Below, in pieces: positions 63,300 through 64,000 of a DNA stretch of 64,000 bases. Below the pieces are notes generated by a model, which worked only from the letters and a program-made list of their open reading frames with translations, ran no database searches and was not told where the DNA came from. Origin of the DNA: Terriglobia bacterium (GTDB lineage Bacteria; Acidobacteriota; Terriglobia; Terriglobales; Acidobacteriaceae); the NCBI GenBank assembly GCA_963734455.1, contig CAVTHC010000004.1, forward strand, positions 1,852 through 65,851, read 5' to 3'. Made by a program: the position numbers and the translations under genes. Each line of letters begins with the position of its first letter. The first letter of the stretch is position 1.

Positions 63300-63421
63300 G
63301 TGGGGTGTAGGAAACACACTTTGCTGTTCACAGGACAGATGGACGAGTCAGTGCCTCCCACCCTGTCGCAGAGTGCGCGACGAGGGTGGGGCACCCCTCA
63401 ATGTAGTAATGTCACGAGAAC

Positions 63422-64000
63422 TTAGGCCAGCTGGAACACGATGTGCACCAGGGCAGTGTAGTCGGAGGGTTGGCCGTCGCGCTTGGCCGGCTTGAAGCGA
63501 ATCTGTTCGGCGGCGTGGGTGGCGGTCTCGTCGAGGCCGTGGCCCAGGCCCTGCACCACGCGCACCACACGCAGCTTGCCGGAGGCTTCAAAAACCACCT
63601 CGAGCACTACCTCACCCTCGATGCGGAGGTTTCGGGCTTCTGCGGTGTAAACCGGAGTGGGTTTGAAGATGACTTCGGCGGGAACCATCTTGCCGGCGGC
63701 ATCGTCGGTTGGCTTGGGACGAAGTTGCGCGATGGAGACGGCCTGGGTATCGCCAAAGCCGCTCTTTTGTACTCCGTTGCCGCGCGAAGTGTTTACTTTC
63801 CCGCTGCCATCGCCGGTGGCGATGCCGCTGCCGAAGCCGCTGCTGGCCACCACGCCGCGAACCCCCTTGGCGCCGCCGGTGCCATTGCCGTAGCCCGGCC
63901 CGGTGGGCAGGTCGAAGGATCCCGCAGCGGCGATGTTGACCGCTTTGCCCTTGCTTTCACTCGCCGGGACGCCATTGGGATCGCCAAAGCCCCCGGTCTG
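63422..64000 (-). CDS. TonB C-terminal-domain protein, 5' end beyond the window
   Basis: C-terminus is PTPVYTAEARNLRIEGEVVLEVVFEASGKLRVVRVVQGLGHGLDETATHAAEQIRFKPAKRDGQP. My hand translation shows the frame stays open, as a Gly-rich region, up to position 64000. Confidence 0.6.
   Translation of the reverse strand, partial: QTGGFGDPNGVPASESKGKAVNIAAAGSFDLPTGPGYGNGTGGAKGVRGVVASSGFGSGIATGDGSGKVNTSRGNGVQKSGFGDTQAVSIAQLRPKPTDDAAGKMVPAEVIFKPTPVYTAEARNLRIEGEVVLEVVFEASGKLRVVRVVQGLGHGLDETATHAAEQIRFKPAKRDGQPSDYTALVHIVFQLA

Overview
High-GC bacterial chromosomal segment. Gene content and the REP-like intergenic palindromes suggest an Acidobacteriota-type genome, but that is inference only.

The left third (about 2441-25449) is a ~23 kb integrative, apparently mobilizable island inserted into the 3' end of tRNA-Asn(GTT). 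It is bounded by a perfect 25-bp direct repeat. It carries:
- a tyrosine integrase, an excisionase-like HTH gene and a ParA-like ATPase;
- a MOBF (TrwC-type) relaxase preceded by a candidate oriT: CCGG motifs phased at 11 bp, a hairpin and a conserved 13-mer;
- an RHS polymorphic-toxin locus. This holds a full-length rhs whose C-terminal tip has a LAS/M15-like zinc-peptidase signature plus a secreted immunity candidate. It also holds an orphan rhs C-terminal cassette that shares a 1171-bp repeat with the main gene, carries a different Cys-rich tip, and is followed by a 4-TM immunity candidate;
- remnants of a second related element (int', xis', and a degenerate copy of the oriT-like module);
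- a secreted-protein operon, a transposase remnant, and an IS21-family element inserted into a gene.

The rest of the window is core chromosome dominated by signal transduction:
- a Crp/Fnr regulator;
- a response-regulator/thioredoxin-reductase-like fusion lacking CxxC, paired with a cNMP-binding histidine kinase;
- a five-gene translationally coupled HK/RR chain;
- a TonB-dependent receptor / YfiR-like / hybrid HK / RR-GGDEF cluster;
- two more HKs and a NarL-type pair.

Housekeeping-type genes are also present: prolyl oligopeptidase, sthA, a Na+/H+ antiporter, a PhoU-like protein, PEBP, TonB proteins, M16 and M28 peptidases, rlmN, an orphan Flp pilin and a TPR protein.

Three conserved genes (sthA, the antiporter, the M28 peptidase) each need single-nucleotide deletions to restore a full-length frame. 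Several families of REP-like palindromes and a (CAAANN)17 hexamer tract occupy intergenic DNA. No rRNA genes or CRISPR arrays were seen.
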